Assembly (NCBI GenBank): GCA_964389455.1
Contig: CAYMEE010000001.1
Location: 83,891 to 147,890 of the forward strand
Origin: an uncultured Methylophaga sp.
GTDB taxonomy: Bacteria; Pseudomonadota; Gammaproteobacteria; Nitrosococcales; Methylophagaceae
DNA length: 64,000 nt
Direction of reading: 5' to 3'
Shown here: in pieces, positions 61,406 to 64,000 of the stretch
Layout of the letters: each line of letters begins with the position of its first letter
Numbering within the stretch: the first letter of the stretch is position 1
Program-made: the position numbers and the translations under genes
Notes under the pieces: model-generated
Seen by the model: the letters and a program-made list of their open reading frames with translations, nothing else
Database searches by the model: none
Told to the model about the DNA's origin: nothing

Positions 61406-62367
61406 TCCTCATCCCGTGCAGCATCTTCGGCCAGCTCGGCCAGGATCTGCTGCATATCCTGCGGTAAATCCACCTGCCAACTGACATCTTCTCCGGTGGA
61501 TGGATGCTTGAAGCCTAACACACCGGCATGCAGTGCCTGACGCCGGAAGCCCTGAATCGCCTCACGGCATTTTTCCGACATGCCCTTGGGAATCTTGAAA
61601 CGGCCGCCATAGACCGGGTCGCCGAGCAGCGGGTGGCGGATATGCGCCATATGCACCCGAATCTGATGGGTGCGGCCGGTTTCCAGCTTACAGCGGATAT
61701 AGGTGTGGGCGCGGAAACGCTGTTCGACCCGGTAATGGGTCACCGCCGGCTTGCCGCCCTGACTGATAGCCATGCGTTTACGATCGATATGATGGCGGCC
61801 AATGGGCTCATCGACCGTACCGCCGGCAGTCATAACCCCAACCGCGATAGCCTGATATTCACGCACCACGGTACGGGCCTGCAATTGTGACACCAGCGAG
61901 TTGTGAGCCTGCAGGGTTTTAGCCACCATCAGTAAGCCTGTGGTGGCTTTATCGATACGATGCACTATGCCGGCGCGAGGTATATTGGCCAGTTGCGGCG
62001 CATGAGCGAGCAGGGCGTTGACCAGCGTACCCTGCTGATTACCGGCACCGGGGTGAACCACCATGCCTGCGGGTTTGTTAAGAATAATGACATCGTCATC
62101 TTCATAGACAATATCCAGCGAAATGGCCTCGGCCTGCCAGCTGTCGTCCTGACTTTCCAGGATGGTGTGAATCCTGACCTGTTCACCGCCTGAGACACTG
62201 TCTCGGGGGCGAAGCTGATTATCATCGACAGTGACATCACCGGCCTTGATCCACTTTGTCAGCTGACCTCGGGAGAACTCGGGAAACATCCTGGCGAGGG
62301 CCTGATCCAGGCGCATGCCATTGAGTTCTTCGGGGATAAAATCATCAAGTTGAATTTTTTCTGACAT
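61402..62367 (-). CDS. rluD: 23S rRNA pseudouridine(1911/1915/1917) synthase
   Basis: 321 aa with an S4 domain and the catalytic HRIDKATTGLL motif. Confidence 0.92.
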   Translation of the reverse strand: MSEKIQLDDFIPEELNGMRLDQALARMFPEFSRGQLTKWIKAGDVTVDDNQLRPRDSVSGGEQVRIHTILESQDDSWQAEAISLDIVYEDDDVIILNKPAGMVVHPGAGNQQGTLVNALLAHAPQLANIPRAGIVHRIDKATTGLLMVAKTLQAHNSLVSQLQARTVVREYQAIAVGVMTAGGTVDEPIGRHHIDRKRMAISQGGKPAVTHYRVEQRFRAHTYIRCKLETGRTHQIRVHMAHIRHPLLGDPVYGGRFKIPKGMSEKCREAIQGFRRQALHAGVLGFKHPSTGEDVSWQVDLPQDMQQILAELAEDAARDEE

Positions 62368-62451
62368 AGTTGAAGGGCGAGAGCCATAAGCAGGTGAATA
62401 AATCGCAATTATAACGTAGGCTAAGCTTAGAGTTTGGATTAGGAGAGCAGG

Positions 62452-62748
62452 ATGTTGTTATCCCGGCTGCCACTGGCCTGTATTTTAATGCTTGCCTGTA
62501 TGACTGTGCAGGCAGAAGGACGCAATGCCGCATTGCTCGCTTCCAGCTGCGCCGCCTGTCATGGTACTCAGGGTCATAGTGTCGGTGGTACGCCCAGCCT
62601 GGCCGGTCTGGACAGGCTTTATTTCATTAAGCAGATGCAGCAGTTTCAAAATGGTGAGCGTCCCGCTACCGTGATGATGCAGCATGCCCAAGGTTATACC
62701 GAAGAGGAAATCCGCTTACTGGCAGATTATTTCGCTGATCAGAAGTAA
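62452..62748 (+). CDS. monohaem class I c-type cytochrome
   Basis: 98 aa with a signal peptide (ACMTVQAEG) and a single CAACH haem motif. A distal Met candidate lies in ATVMMQHA. Confidence 0.8.
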   Translation: MLLSRLPLACILMLACMTVQAEGRNAALLASSCAACHGTQGHSVGGTPSLAGLDRLYFIKQMQQFQNGERPATVMMQHAQGYTEEEIRLLADYFADQK

Positions 62749-62769
62749 TTCAGGCTGCCGTCAGTCTGA

Positions 62770-63588
62770 TTATCGAGGCTGACATTGGCTGCAATAGTAA
62801 GTCGCTCTCTGTGCCTGGCGAATACAGACAATCGGCTGTTCACAAAGCAGACAAGGTTGATCCTGACGCCCGTAAACATGCAGTTCCTGAGTGAAGTAAC
62901 CCGGTTTGCCATCGCTTTTACGAAAATCACGCAGCGTAGTGCCGCCGGCCAGCAGGGCTTTCTCCAGTACCAGTTTGATGGCTTCTACCAGTTTGTGCAT
63001 TTTGGCCTTACTGATTTTGCCCGCCGCTTTGGCCGGGTGGATGCCGGACAGGAATAAAGCTTCATTGGCATAAATATTACCGACGCCAACAACAATTTCG
63101 CCATTCATGATAAAGCTTTTGATATTACTGCTGCGGCCTTTGGCACGCTGATACAGGTAATCGCCGTCAAAATCTTCTGATAGCGGTTCCGGACCCAGAT
63201 GATGTATGAGCGGATGTTGATCCGGTTTGTCTTCACACCAAAGTACCGCGCCGAAACGTCTCGGATCGGTAAAGCGAAGTACTTTGCCGTTACTGAAATA
63301 GATATCGACGTGATCATGCTTGGCGATATTGTCATCATTGTCCAGAACCCGGAGCCGGCCGGACATGCCCAGATGAATCATCAGGGTGCCAGTGTCGCAT
63401 TGCAGCAGCAGATATTTGGCACGGCGTGAGACCTGATGTACTATCTGACCGATTAGCAGTTGCTCTAAACCTTCAGGCACCGGCCAGCGCAGGCCTCTGT
63501 GACGCACAGTCATATTATTGATAGTTTCACCCTCGACAAAGGGCTGGATACCACGGCGGGTGGTTTCGACTTCAGGTAATTCAGGCAT
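62770..63588 (-). CDS. mutM: formamidopyrimidine-DNA glycosylase
   Basis: 272 aa with the N-terminus PELPEVET, an H2TH region, and a C-terminal zinc finger (CLLCEQP..YYCSQCQ). Confidence 0.95.
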   Translation of the reverse strand: MPELPEVETTRRGIQPFVEGETINNMTVRHRGLRWPVPEGLEQLLIGQIVHQVSRRAKYLLLQCDTGTLMIHLGMSGRLRVLDNDDNIAKHDHVDIYFSNGKVLRFTDPRRFGAVLWCEDKPDQHPLIHHLGPEPLSEDFDGDYLYQRAKGRSSNIKSFIMNGEIVVGVGNIYANEALFLSGIHPAKAAGKISKAKMHKLVEAIKLVLEKALLAGGTTLRDFRKSDGKPGYFTQELHVYGRQDQPCLLCEQPIVCIRQAQRATYYCSQCQPR

Positions 63589-63591
63589 GTT

Positions 63592-64000
63592 TTATTGTTT
63601 CGGTGGTGATGGCAGCAGCTGGCTTTTGATGGCCAGGGGGAAATCATACTGCAGCCTCAGAGCAGGGTTAATCAGCTGCAAAGTCTGACCGTTCTGACGC
63701 ATCAGCAACTGCATCGGTTCTGCTTGATCAGCAAGCCAGAGCTTAATATGTGGTTCTGTCATGGCGTTGAGCTGCGCATTCGGCAGATAACGCACCTGCA
63801 TTGCATAGGCATGCTGCCAGCTGTCGACCAGGGTTTTGATAGCGTCAGTGGAGAGTTCGCTGTTATCGCTGTGCCATTCTCCTTCCTGCAGAGAGAAACG
63901 GACTTTTTGCTCATCATCTGCCGCGGGCAGAGTCAGTCGGGTCAGCTGATTACTCTCTGGAATCAGGCGGTTATCAACAAAACTGCCGGCGGACGCAGTC
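63592..64000 (-). CDS. hypothetical protein, C-terminal part (5' end beyond the window)
   Basis: My reading shows the frame open from the stop at 63592 to the window edge. The track only lists the internal Met at 63801. It ends 3 nt before the mutM start. I recognise no family. Confidence 0.5.
   Translation of the reverse strand, partial: TASAGSFVDNRLIPESNQLTRLTLPAADDEQKVRFSLQEGEWHSDNSELSTDAIKTLVDSWQHAYAMQVRYLPNAQLNAMTEPHIKLWLADQAEPMQLLMRQNGQTLQLINPALRLQYDFPLAIKSQLLPSPPKQ

Overview
The window is a 64-kb chromosomal segment with gammaproteobacterial gene content and order. Several blocks match the arrangement known from Pseudomonas and E. coli, but no organism can be named from the sequence alone. 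It is almost fully coding, with about 70 protein genes, 2 tRNAs and 1 recognisable sRNA. I found no CRISPR array, transposase, integrase, prophage or rRNA.

Gene blocks, left to right:
- (1) A minus-strand run: uvrD, orphan TRAP solute-binding lipoprotein, 83-aa ORF, DUF411, DMT permease. trxA lies upstream and is divergent from rhlB.
- (2) The classical ygfB-pepP-ubiH-ubiI block, divergent from a coiled-coil gene, zapA and 6S RNA (ssrS). aroE and hemB follow.
- (3) carA-carB-greA-DUF4149-rlmE-ftsH-folP-glmM-tpiA-secG-tRNA-Leu(GAG).
- (4) A convergent PAS-GGDEF-EAL protein and Cache/PAS hybrid histidine kinase pair.
- (5) A complete 14-gene nuoA-N operon with unfused nuoC and nuoD, plus a DUF2818 gene.
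- (6) A second-type EF-G paralogue, a STAS-like protein, wrbA, tRNA-Pro(CGG), pagP and a cupredoxin.
- (7) A minus-strand opgG-opgH pair, followed by three genes: a membrane-anchored ASST-like protein, a 75-aa YIGPGGG membrane protein, and a membrane-anchored PAPS-type sulfotransferase.
- (8) rluD-DUF4112-Pmp3, a tandem-ACT protein with a UPF0210 protein, an orphan monohaem cytochrome c, mutM, and a truncated hypothetical gene.

Most of the window is ordinary housekeeping DNA. The best candidate for an undescribed system is the three-gene sulfotransferase module next to opgGH (51451-54554). From topology I infer a cytoplasm-to-periplasm sulfuryl relay, possibly acting on periplasmic glucans. 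Secondary candidates are the ACT/UPF0210 pair and the tightly coupled TRAP-SBP/83-aa/DUF411/DMT operon. All family assignments come from motif recognition by eye. No database search was run.
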